DNA from: a virus
Lineage: Duplodnaviria > Caudoviricetes
Strand: one strand, 5' to 3'
Virus record (IMG/VR): IMGVR_UViG_3300012973_000013
Span: 3,295 to 67,294 of that record
Length of the DNA: 64,000 bases
Position numbers and translations under genes: made by a program. The notes beneath the pieces were generated by a model. It had not been told where the DNA came from, ran no database searches, and saw nothing but the letters and a program-made list of their open reading frames with translations. This document shows positions 34,099 through 42,648 of the stretch, piece by piece. How positions within the stretch are numbered: position 1 is the first letter of the stretch; every line of letters begins with the position of its first letter.

Positions 34099-34682
34099 TT
34101 CTTCCTGCTGCGCACGGCTGCTATGGCATGCGTTGAGACGCCATATCGAGCCGCCAAGTCGACGTGGCGATCACGAGATGCTCTTATTGCGATAACCTGA
34201 CTTTCCGTCAGGATTGATCCTGCATGCGCCTCGCCCAGCAGCACGGGAGGCGGCAACGCCGTTCCCGCGGCGACCCTATCGGCGTGGTTTTCTACGTCTG
34301 TCCCCAAGTAAAGATGGTCTGGGTTGACGCAGGATCGGGTATTACACTTGTGCAGGACGTGCATACCGGCCGGGATTTCACCTTGGAAGGCGACCCAAGC
34401 TGCACGGTTCCCGTCCATGCGCTTCATTCGGAAGGTCAGCTGCGGATAGCCCTTCCCGTTGAGGGACTTGACCCAGATCCAGCACCCGCAATGGGGCACC
34501 GGCATCGAGTTCATCCGAATGCGCTCGTCGAGCGGGACATGAACCGAAACAGGCGTGCGGTCGCCTGCGCTACCAAGAGGGTCGCCGTATTTGCGGGCCT
34601 TTGCGTAGTGCGCAGGGCAGTACAAGCCCTTCCAGACCGACTTGTCGCAGCCATCAACGGCGCATATACGAACTTCAGCCAT
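34080..34682 (-). CDS. HNH homing endonuclease
   Basis: CWIW...GYP...NRAAW...GEIP.GMHVLHKCNTRSCVNPDHLYLGT..EN; N-terminal CAVDGC...C..HY. Confidence 0.9.
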   Translation of the reverse strand: MAEVRICAVDGCDKSVWKGLYCPAHYAKARKYGDPLGSAGDRTPVSVHVPLDERIRMNSMPVPHCGCWIWVKSLNGKGYPQLTFRMKRMDGNRAAWVAFQGEIPAGMHVLHKCNTRSCVNPDHLYLGTDVENHADRVAAGTALPPPVLLGEAHAGSILTESQVIAIRASRDRHVDLAARYGVSTHAIAAVRSRKNWGHVK

Positions 34683-34760
34683 GCCGTGCGCTCCTACGCT
34701 CGGGGTGGTCAGGGCCGGAGCCGGTGTTGCAAGCACCGCTTCGGCCCGAATAGTATAGCG

Positions 34761-36038
34761 CTACACAGCACGTGCTGCACGCTTTTTTGTTGGCGGCAGA
34801 TTGACTTGCACGCGCCCATCCTCCCCGTTTTCTCGATGGATGGTGATCGAGACCAAAGATTTGCCGGACCCGTACTTGCCGGAGTGGAAAGCGTCGACTT
34901 CGGCCAGCGACCGGAAGCACTCGACGCGCACGCCCAGCACCTCTTGCACCCGCATGTGATGCAGGTGGCCGTGCAGGAACAGGCGATAGTCCGTCTCGCC
35001 CCAGTCCTCCCGGCACTCGGTAGCCATCGCCCCGGCCATCTCGGCCGGCTTCAGTCGGTGGCCGTGGTGGGCGCCGATGAGCGTGGAGCCGAAGCGGAAG
35101 AACCAGTAGTCGGCCTCGCCGCCCTCGATTCGGACCCGGCTATTGCCGCGGAAATGCTGCACGAGGGCGACGTAGAGCGTGATCCAAGCGTTCCGGTCGT
35201 GGTTGCCGCGCAGGACCTTGACGATGACCAGGGCGTGCTTTGCCAGAGCGCTGTAGATGCCCTCGATCGCGAGCTGGATGCCGCAGATGATGACGGGCAG
35301 TTGGGTGTCCGATACCTGCAGAACGTGCTTGCTGGTCGGCGTCATCGCCAGGTCGTCGTCGGCGTGCGTCCAGTCGCCCAGTTGGAGGATGAGCGCAGTG
35401 CCGCTGTCGGGTGATCGCGCGAAAAGGTTCGTGGCCGTGTCGCGCAGTCGATCGGCGGCTAGGGCGAGATCAAAGTCGCCCTCGCAGGCATCCGCCGTAG
35501 CCCGTAGGCCGAGATGCACGTCGGCCCACGGGTAGATAGTCAGGCGGTTCTCGTCGACCTCGCCGGGCGCCGGGATGTCAGGTGCGCGGCACTCCCACTC
35601 CGCCAGCGCCGCCTCGACGGCAGCGGTGACCTCGCCCGTGCTGACCGGGCCATCCTCCCGCGTCTTCACCCATTGCGCTGTGACGCGGCCGTCTGCGTCG
35701 AGCAGCGCGGACACGCCTTTGACGACGTGACCGGCAGGGACCGCGAACTCGTCGCCAGGCTCCGGCTTCTGCTGGACGAACTGGCGACGGACCTCGCCGT
35801 CCTCGCCCAACTCGGTCGTGCTGCGCGAGACCCGGAAGCCCGGCAGAATGGGTGCGTAGCCCATCAGGCCCCGCTCGGCGGCGCGGGCGAGCCGGCAGGC
35901 CAGCGTCTGCCTCGGGATGCCGGCTGCGAGGGCTGCTGCTGTGATTGATCCGTGCTGCCCTCGAAGCGCGACGGCCTCGGCGAGTTCTTCGTCGGTGAGC
36001 GGTTGCCCCCGAGCGTACGACTGCGTGGAATTGCTCAC
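34761..36038 (-). CDS. Calcineurin-like metallophosphoesterase with N-terminal HTH
   Basis: ADVHLG, LGDWTH, RGNHD, HHGH, HGHLHH; N-terminal GSITAAALAAGIPRQTL. Confidence 0.85.
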   Translation of the reverse strand: MSNSTQSYARGQPLTDEELAEAVALRGQHGSITAAALAAGIPRQTLACRLARAAERGLMGYAPILPGFRVSRSTTELGEDGEVRRQFVQQKPEPGDEFAVPAGHVVKGVSALLDADGRVTAQWVKTREDGPVSTGEVTAAVEAALAEWECRAPDIPAPGEVDENRLTIYPWADVHLGLRATADACEGDFDLALAADRLRDTATNLFARSPDSGTALILQLGDWTHADDDLAMTPTSKHVLQVSDTQLPVIICGIQLAIEGIYSALAKHALVIVKVLRGNHDRNAWITLYVALVQHFRGNSRVRIEGGEADYWFFRFGSTLIGAHHGHRLKPAEMAGAMATECREDWGETDYRLFLHGHLHHMRVQEVLGVRVECFRSLAEVDAFHSGKYGSGKSLVSITIHRENGEDGRVQVNLPPTKKRAARAV

Positions 36039-36063
36039 GCGAGTACTCCTGCGCGGGGATGGA

Positions 36064-36303
36064 TCAGAGGGCCTTGGTTGCCCACGAGGCGAGGCGATCA
36101 GCCATCGCGCCGATGAACAGCAGGAAGCCGCCGAGCGCCGCGTACGCCTTCCAGCCCCCTCGCGCGGCCACGATGGTGTCGCGGATCTCGCGCACCTCTG
36201 ACCGCATTTCCTTGATGCTCTCGCGGAGTTCACCGCGGTCGCGAGCGAGCGATTCCACGCGGGCTTCGATCGTCGCCAAACGCTCTTCAGGGGTCGGTGC
36301 CAT
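36064..36303 (-). CDS. Coiled-coil + C-terminal TM lysis-associated protein (XhlA/holin-like)
   Basis: ERLATIEARVESL coiled coil followed by a TM; located in the lysis cassette. Confidence 0.6.
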   Translation of the reverse strand: MAPTPEERLATIEARVESLARDRGELRESIKEMRSEVREIRDTIVAARGGWKAYAALGGFLLFIGAMADRLASWATKAL

Positions 36304-36332
36304 GCGGCGCCCTCCTTGCGAGTTGGAGGGTG

Positions 36333-36533
36333 TCAGCCCTTGGCGCGGAGCCGGGCTAGCATGGTCGTCACCACCCGATAGGCCGGAGGAGCGAGCGCGA
36401 GCAGACCGCCCCCGATCAGTTCGACGTCGGCGGCGTTGGCGTAGCCGCGCGAGGCGAGCCACACGCCAGCGGCGGTGATGGCGTAGCGGAGAAGCTGAGG
36501 CCAAAGGGCCTGCTGGGCAGCAGTCGGATCCAT
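36333..36533 (-). CDS. Putative holin (Pam3-gp28-like)
   Basis: QLLRYAITAAGVWLASRG...LIGGGLLAL; two TMs; downstream of the endolysin. Confidence 0.65.
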   Translation of the reverse strand: MDPTAAQQALWPQLLRYAITAAGVWLASRGYANAADVELIGGGLLALAPPAYRVVTTMLARLRAKG

Positions 36534-36618
36534 AGGATGTCCTTTCAGGTGGTGAGGTGGAGGATGCAGAGGATGGCAAGCAGCGCGGCCGTGGTGAGCG
36601 CCGCGACGCGCCAGACGC

Positions 36619-36846
36619 TCACGCCGGCCCGCGAGCACGCGCCTCGTTGAGCGCCGCCCACGTCTCGTCGGTGACGACGCCGGAAGGGTCGAGGGACGCG
36701 AGCCGCTGGACGTTGCGGACGGCCTGACCGGTCGCCTCGTCGAATTGGCCGGTGACCCGGACGACGTGCCCGGCGGCGCGTAGGGCGCGCTGGAGCTCGA
36801 CGACGTGAGGTCCGCAGTCGCCGTCTTCGAGGATGGGATGGGCCAT
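36619..36846 (-). CDS. Stand-alone peptidoglycan-binding domain protein
   Basis: L..GD.GPHVVELQRALRAAG...VTGQFDEATGQAVRNVQ...GVVTDETWAAL. Confidence 0.8.
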   Translation of the reverse strand: MAHPILEDGDCGPHVVELQRALRAAGHVVRVTGQFDEATGQAVRNVQRLASLDPSGVVTDETWAALNEARARGPA

Positions 36847-36848
36847 CG

Positions 36849-38477
36849 TCAGGCTTCGTTGATTGACAGTTCGTCCGACGAGCGCACGAGCGGCGCCGGC
36901 GCAGTCGGCAGGTCGAAGGTCGTCGGCCAGCGGAGACCGAGCAGCCGGTCGCTCGCCAGCCAGGCATCGGTGACGGCATCGCTCTGGTTGCCGCCGCGGA
37001 TCAGCAGCGCGCCATCCGGACGAACGGCCCGGACGAAGCCGACGTGGCCGGAGGTGCCTGACTTGGCGCCCCGCCAGAACACGGCGATGGCGCCGACGGC
37101 CGGCGTGTCCAGCGGCCGGCCGAACCGCAGCCAGTTGCGCGCGAGGTAGGGATTGGCCGGCAGCGGCTCGTCCGGCAGCGTCAGGCCGATGGCCGTCTCG
37201 ACGAAGTCGCCGCAGTTCCCGGTGACGATGGCGCCGCCGTTGGGGTCTCGGATGATGATCCGGCCCTGCGGGACCGACACGCAGTACATCTTCCCCGAGA
37301 ACTCACGCTGAGAGATGTGCTTTGGCTGGATGCGACGCGCACCTCGGTTCGGGCCAATGCGGACTTCCCAGCATTCGCGTGTCGACAACTGAGAACTCTT
37401 TTTGCCAACGGAGACGTTCCATCCCGCGAACACAGCGAGGGTAAACAAGGCGTCCTTCGCGCTGTCGCTGGACGTGTAGAGATGGATGCGGCTCTGGTTA
37501 TCGTTGCCATCGAAGATGGCGTAGGCTCGCAAAAACGTCTCCGCCTCGCGTGCGTTGAAAGAATGAAGGAACGCCGTCGACAGCGACTTGCCCTCGGCGA
37601 AGGCGACCGCAAAGAAGTCCGGGATGCCGAAGGTCAGAGTGGTCAGAGGGGCGTGAGAGAGCGGACCATACGCCCGCTTCGCGACGTAGCAGTGCGACGG
37701 ACCAAGGGCCATCAGCGCCGCGATCTTGCGGGCTCGGGAGACCTGAAAGCTGCACTTGCCGCGATGGAAGCTGCCGTCGGACATGAACGCTGCGAGGAAT
37801 ACGAGTTCCTCGTCGGACAGCCCGCAGCCGCCGCTTAACCGACGCGCATGGGAAATTCTGATCCCGCCGGAACCCATCTCGTCCAGCGTGCCGAAAGCAG
37901 GCGCTTCGCCGGCGCGCCACTCTCCCCACCACCGATGCCCGACGTCGCAAGTGAGTTGAAGCGAACGGTGGTCGATGTCGAAGACCTCCCCCTCGTAGTC
38001 CTTCGAGACCGGGATGTAGGTGGTGGGCGAAATCTCGCCCCCCTCGGACACTTGGTAGACGCGGCTGGCAGTCAGCGCATCAAGCCGTTGCCACCCTTCC
38101 TCCGTGAGGATCTCCGTCTCGCCAGTGAAGCACCAGGGCAGCTTGGACGGGTCGCCGAGCGTCGTGCCGTCCGACCGCAGCCACTCCGACAGTTCGATGC
38201 GGTTGCGGGTCTCATGCAGCCCGAGCCGGCGCGTCGCCTCGGCGTACCACGGGGCGGTGAGGCTCACGGATTTCGGCTCCGTCGAGACACCGAACAGAGC
38301 CTCCAGCGTCTTCGGCCCGATCGTGCCCGGCCACTGGATTGCGAGGCCGCGGTCGGCCTGAAACGCCGCCACGGCCCGGCGCGTCACGGCGCCGGCAACA
38401 CCGTCGGCACCCCACGGCCCCACGTCGTAGCCGAGCGAAATCAGGCGCCGCTGAACGGCGCGAATGTCGATCGTCAT
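36849..38477 (-). CDS. Endolysin (PG-binding + NlpC/P60-CHAP, TIGR02594-like) interrupted by an intein
   Basis: N-terminal PG_binding_1 (VQRRLISLGYDVG..GADGVAG..T); the extein join reconstitutes PW/CGDFV; later GHVGFV and GGNQSD. Confidence 0.9.
   Translation of the reverse strand: MTIDIRAVQRRLISLGYDVGPWGADGVAGAVTRRAVAAFQADRGLAIQWPGTIGPKTLEALFGVSTEPKSVSLTAPWYAEATRRLGLHETRNRIELSEWLRSDGTTLGDPSKLPWCFTGETEILTEEGWQRLDALTASRVYQVSEGGEISPTTYIPVSKDYEGEVFDIDHRSLQLTCDVGHRWWGEWRAGEAPAFGTLDEMGSGGIRISHARRLSGGCGLSDEELVFLAAFMSDGSFHRGKCSFQVSRARKIAALMALGPSHCYVAKRAYGPLSHAPLTTLTFGIPDFFAVAFAEGKSLSTAFLHSFNAREAETFLRAYAIFDGNDNQSRIHLYTSSDSAKDALFTLAVFAGWNVSVGKKSSQLSTRECWEVRIGPNRGARRIQPKHISQREFSGKMYCVSVPQGRIIIRDPNGGAIVTGNCGDFVETAIGLTLPDEPLPANPYLARNWLRFGRPLDTPAVGAIAVFWRGAKSGTSGHVGFVRAVRPDGALLIRGGNQSDAVTDAWLASDRLLGLRWPTTFDLPTAPAPLVRSSDELSINEA
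37215..38132 (-). mobile_element. 306-aa intein with LAGLIDADG-type homing endonuclease
   Basis: Starts CFTGETEILTEEGW; block B LTCDVGHRWW; endonuclease motifs LAAFMSDGS and FLRAYAIFDG; block F MYCVSVP; ends IVTGN before Cys+1. Confidence 0.92.
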
Positions 38478-38588
38478 TTTCACTCCGATTGGTTGGGGGA
38501 CGCAGTTGCGCTATCGTCCCGCGTGTGCCCCGATGCTCGAATGACATTGGTCGTTCGACTGGGGAACGCGCATAGAAGGGCGGTCGAG

Positions 38589-38942
38589 ATGAGCAACGAG
38601 GACCAGAAGCGGGCGAACACCACAGCGTTTCGGAACATGCTCGCTCATGCGGCTACTAGCGACAAACAAATGCCGCTGGACTTTCTTGGTATAACCTATT
38701 CACTTGCAAGCATCGAACCAGAGCCTGGTATGTGGTATTTTGCGTCCAGTTGCCCGACTTGCAGACGGGATACGCCTCTACTCGAGGACCCGTCTAAGGG
38801 CGCGCTAGGAAACCCATTCAGCGGGGCGGGCGCAGTTCTTGTTGCTTGCGTATTTTGCGGGAACGAGGTGCGGGCTGGTAGCCAGGACATTCGTCCCACA
38901 CAATGGCACGTCGCTCGGGCTGCTCCGTCAACGACACGGTGA
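38589..38942 (+). CDS. Zn-ribbon moron protein
   Basis: CPTC...CVFC; opposite strand to the late operon; AT-richer. Confidence 0.6.
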   Translation: MSNEDQKRANTTAFRNMLAHAATSDKQMPLDFLGITYSLASIEPEPGMWYFASSCPTCRRDTPLLEDPSKGALGNPFSGAGAVLVACVFCGNEVRAGSQDIRPTQWHVARAAPSTTR

Positions 38943-39069
38943 TATCGCCCGCGGCGTCCCGCGTGTGCGGGGGATGCACCGATGGCCGAGGCCACGGAGG
39001 GGCGGCGATGCTCGGCTACCCGATCGACGTGGCGAGGGAAGAGGCTGAGGTACGGGCAAGGGGGCTGCC

Positions 39070-39714
39070 ATGAAACGTGCGGCGATTCGAAAGTGCAGGG
39101 ACCGGCTACACAGCGCCAGCACCAAATTGCAGGCTCTGCGCGAAGCCACGTCACAGCAGGCATTTAAAGTCTCGTGGATCGACTTCCTATTTCACTCCAA
39201 AGGCATCTACGATACCCTAAGGAAGGGAGCCGAAGGGTTCCCGGCTTCGGTAGAATGGGCAACAGGTAAGTACAACGCACGACTTGGCGACCCCCTCCTC
39301 AACTATATGGTGGAGGCCCGGAACGACGAAGAGCACGGACTCGGATCGTCACTGGAGCTTCAGCCCGAGCGCCACGAATTCGGCTTTGGTGGGGGTGGCT
39401 TCAGTGGCGGTGTGAGGCTCGACGGCGGGCAATTCAGAAACGTTATCGCATCTGGCCCGGTATTGTTCACCGGGCCGCTGCCGGCTGGAACTCGGGTAAG
39501 ATCACTCGATGGGCGGCCGGTGCAAGTGCGCTCAACGCCGGCCACGATTATGCTCATCCCGGTCACGCCTAGGCGCGGGCCGCCTATACCACCTCCAGGC
39601 CAACATCTTGGACAACCATTGACAGACGCCTCGCCACTCGCAGTGGCCGAACTGTTCTTGGTATATCTCGAAACGCTGGTCGCAGAAGCGGGCGGGCTGG
39701 TGCAGAGCGGCTGA
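39070..39714 (+). CDS. Hypothetical moron protein
   Basis: 214-aa ORF opposite to the late operon, AT-richer; LNYMVEARNDEEH motif. Confidence 0.65.
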   Translation: MKRAAIRKCRDRLHSASTKLQALREATSQQAFKVSWIDFLFHSKGIYDTLRKGAEGFPASVEWATGKYNARLGDPLLNYMVEARNDEEHGLGSSLELQPERHEFGFGGGGFSGGVRLDGGQFRNVIASGPVLFTGPLPAGTRVRSLDGRPVQVRSTPATIMLIPVTPRRGPPIPPPGQHLGQPLTDASPLAVAELFLVYLETLVAEAGGLVQSG

Positions 39715-39736
39715 TCTTGACCTTCGGGAACCCGCT

Positions 39737-40516
39737 TCAACTGCAGCGAGCGAGGATCTGACGGCTCACCAGCTCGCCATAGTCCGTGTTCGCGTGGGCG
39801 CAGCTTCCCTCGGCGCAGTACTCCGGCAGCAGATAACCGTCGCTGTCGCACGCTTCCTCCGGCGAGGGGATCACGTCGATGCCCTTTCGTGCACAGTGCT
39901 CGGCGAACAGGCTGGAGTGCAGCCGGTACAGCTTCAGGCGAACCGCCGGGCTCGCGATATCCACCGGATTGCCGCCGGTGAATTCGTCGTCAAGGTTCGC
40001 CTTGACGTAGGCATTGGATCTTGGCGGCGGCGGAGACTGCACGTGGACCACGGGAACGCCGCTGTGCTCGGCGATGAGGTCCAACAGCATCAGTTGCGCC
40101 TTGATGCGGTAGCTTAGCGTCATCTTGATCGCGGCGAACGGGATGATCTCCGCGGCACTATCCACCTGCGACGCACTGTCCCCGACGCCGTCGTAAAAAT
40201 CGAACGGCCGCGAATGATCCGAGATCGCCATGGCGAGGTGGGCATTACCGCCGATCGCACAGAACAGGCTGCCGGCCGGCGTGGCGTCCGGTGCACCACC
40301 GACACACACGATCCCCCGGCCGGCGTCGCCTTGCAGGAGCCGATCGACCAATCCGCCCATCACCTCCCGCACCTCGGATCCGATGCCGTCGAACCGCGGG
40401 AAGCACTTGCTCTCGCGGATGACCACGCCCCGGAACGCCGCTTCTTCGAGCCGTTGCGCTCCGCTCAGGATGGCCTTGGCGTGGCTATTGCCGATTACGG
40501 GGACCCTGGGATGCAT
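39737..40516 (-). CDS. SGNH/GDSL-like hydrolase-fold protein
   Basis: VIGNSHA (block I-like) and C-terminal HANTDYG (block V-like). Confidence 0.5.
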   Translation of the reverse strand: MHPRVPVIGNSHAKAILSGAQRLEEAAFRGVVIRESKCFPRFDGIGSEVREVMGGLVDRLLQGDAGRGIVCVGGAPDATPAGSLFCAIGGNAHLAMAISDHSRPFDFYDGVGDSASQVDSAAEIIPFAAIKMTLSYRIKAQLMLLDLIAEHSGVPVVHVQSPPPPRSNAYVKANLDDEFTGGNPVDIASPAVRLKLYRLHSSLFAEHCARKGIDVIPSPEEACDSDGYLLPEYCAEGSCAHANTDYGELVSRQILARCS

Positions 40517-40582
40517 CGTCTGCCCCTGTGGCGCACAAAGCGCCGGGGTTTGAGCGTAAGTCCGAAGATCACCGCTGCGCAA

Positions 40583-40798
40583 CTACTCGTCATCGTCCGG
40601 CCAGACACAGTCGGCGAGCGGGCGGGTCGGCATGGTGGCGAGCATGGCGTGATGCTGCTCGTGTGCCGGGTCGTCGAGGACGCGCGCCGGCAGGGCGTAA
40701 TCGCCGTCTGCGAGCAGGCGCGGCTCTAGCGCGGCGCCGGCGTCCGTCGGGCCGCGCACCGTCTCGGCGGTCGACGGGTCGAGGATAAGCATCAGCAT
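40583..40798 (-). CDS. Small tail-fibre-associated protein
   Basis: ALEPRLLADGDYALPARVLDDPAH; follows the fibre genes. Confidence 0.5.
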   Translation of the reverse strand: MLMLILDPSTAETVRGPTDAGAALEPRLLADGDYALPARVLDDPAHEQHHAMLATMPTRPLADCVWPDDDE

Positions 40799-41592
40799 CA
40801 GATTGCCCCGATGTGGTCGAGCCAGCCGCCGATAATGGCGTGCAGATCGGAGACGTTCTGCGCCGTCAGTCCGGCGCCGAAGCCCGCTGCAGCGACGTGC
40901 CGGGCGCTGAACAGGGTGCCGGCGCCGCAGATCCTCATCGTGGCGCTGGGGATCGCCACCGACGCGACGGCCTGCGGCGTGAGAAGCGTAGCGCCCCGGA
41001 AATTCGCCGCCTCGTTGGAGGCTACCCGCGACCAGCCATAGAGCCCCAGGCTGTCGGCAAACGTGTCGGTGACGCTTCCCGTCGTCGTGTTCGTTCGGCT
41101 GGTCTGCGCCGTCACGCTGCGCCCGATGAGCCGGCAGCCTGTGCCGTTGCCGATATCCGCCGTGGCAGCTGCACTGTCCGTCAACGACCACACCCAGATT
41201 GCGGCGCTGTTGAGGGTGTAGTGCCCGCCAGCGGTGCTTGGATTGATGCCGGTGTCAAAATAGGACGTCGCGCCATCGCCGGCGAAATAGCGGTCCGTCA
41301 CAACCGTCGGGGTATTTGTCGGCGTCAGCAGCGTGCCGGCCGGCGCGACAAGGTTGACGCGGCTCGCCGCTGCCGAGTGCTGCGGGATGTAGATGCTGTC
41401 ATGCTTCGACCACAGCCCCGCCGCGACGAGCGGCTTGACGAGGATGCGGTCCATATCGGCGAGGCGCTGGCTGCGAGCCGGCGAACCCGCAGCGACGAAC
41501 GCTCGCTGGACTCGGTGCGTCTCGATCGACAGAGCCGGCGGCCGACCGTAACCGGCGGCGATGGGGTAGCCGAGGCCCAGCGCGAGCGTCAT
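40798..41592 (-). CDS. Tail fibre/receptor-binding accessory protein (beta-sandwich)
   Basis: LVAAGLWSKHD...VNLVAP...FAGDGATSYFDTGINPS; Thr/Ala/Gly-rich. Confidence 0.6.
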   Translation of the reverse strand: MTLALGLGYPIAAGYGRPPALSIETHRVQRAFVAAGSPARSQRLADMDRILVKPLVAAGLWSKHDSIYIPQHSAAASRVNLVAPAGTLLTPTNTPTVVTDRYFAGDGATSYFDTGINPSTAGGHYTLNSAAIWVWSLTDSAAATADIGNGTGCRLIGRSVTAQTSRTNTTTGSVTDTFADSLGLYGWSRVASNEAANFRGATLLTPQAVASVAIPSATMRICGAGTLFSARHVAAAGFGAGLTAQNVSDLHAIIGGWLDHIGAI

Positions 41593-42254
41593 GCTGCAGC
41601 CGTCCCCTCGGACACCACCCACGCCGTCGCGGCGTTGATGTTGTCGATCGAGACGGTGCCGTTCTGCTTGGCCACCCGGTCGTCGCCGCTGTATTGAAAC
41701 GTGATTGTCGCGCCGGAGCCAGCCGCGAGAATGACCGCGCCGGCCCCCATCCGGCGGATCAGCATCGACCAGCCGCGTGCGATCGTGCTCGGGAATGTGA
41801 GCGTTACCGTCGAGGCGCTATTGACCACGAGCGCTTTGCCGAGATGCGTGTCGCCAATCGTCGTGTTCTCGGTAATGTCGACGATCGAGCTAGGCGCCCG
41901 CGTCGGGCCGCGCATGGACTTGCCCGCCGGCCATGTCCCGGACGCTTTCGGGCCGTAGAGGATGATCGCCTCGTTGTCGTCGTCGTAGCCGATTGCGAAA
42001 TCGCCATTGTTGGCGAAACCGTTGGACGGCGCGGACGCCCCGACAGCATAGACCCCTCGTCCCCGCAGCGACCGGCCTGCAGGCCAGCCCTCGGCCGTCT
42101 TCGGGCCGTAGATCAGGGCGACCTCGCCGGAGACGTACTGGATGCCGTAATCCCCGACGAGCCCGTCGTCGATTGTCGGCGCCGCCGTCAATTCGATGAC
42201 GCCACGCCCATCTCGGCCGACGGTCGTGACCGCAATCGCTACTGCATCGCTCAT
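41589..42254 (-). CDS. Tail fibre-associated protein
   Basis: Internal repeat GDYGI...IYGPK..EGWP.G.SLRG / GDFAI...LYGPK..GTWP.G.SMRG. Confidence 0.6.
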   Translation of the reverse strand: MSDAVAIAVTTVGRDGRGVIELTAAPTIDDGLVGDYGIQYVSGEVALIYGPKTAEGWPAGRSLRGRGVYAVGASAPSNGFANNGDFAIGYDDDNEAIILYGPKASGTWPAGKSMRGPTRAPSSIVDITENTTIGDTHLGKALVVNSASTVTLTFPSTIARGWSMLIRRMGAGAVILAAGSGATITFQYSGDDRVAKQNGTVSIDNINAATAWVVSEGTAAA

Positions 42255-42634
42255 TCGACACCTGTCGTGACTGCATCGGTGACGGACATGGCAAACCGGC
42301 CGGCGTTGATGCGGACCGTTCGAAACTCTTTGTTGATCAGCAGAAGATCACCGATCCACTTCTTGCCGCCGGTGAACTTCTCCTCGATCACTTCGAATGG
42401 GATGATGATCTCGGCGATCTTCTGAGTATCGTCTGTGATGACGAAGGAGCCATCGGCTGTGTTCGCGTCGAACACGGGCTCTTCGTCCTCGGCCTCCGTC
42501 AGCTTGAGGTGGGCGTGGATATCGTAGTCACTGAGCAGAACGTCCGGGTTGAAGACGTTTGCGAAGCTGAACCGCATCACAAACGGGGCGGAGTTTTCCG
42601 CAAACTCCCACGTCTTGATCAGGTTGACAGCCAT
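42251..42634 (-). CDS. Baseplate/fibre-attachment (BppU-like) protein
   Basis: Beta-rich ORF between fibre genes, ending V.DAVT. Confidence 0.45.
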   Translation of the reverse strand: MAVNLIKTWEFAENSAPFVMRFSFANVFNPDVLLSDYDIHAHLKLTEAEDEEPVFDANTADGSFVITDDTQKIAEIIIPFEVIEEKFTGGKKWIGDLLLINKEFRTVRINAGRFAMSVTDAVTTGVE

Positions 42635-42648
42635 GATCAACCCTCTCG

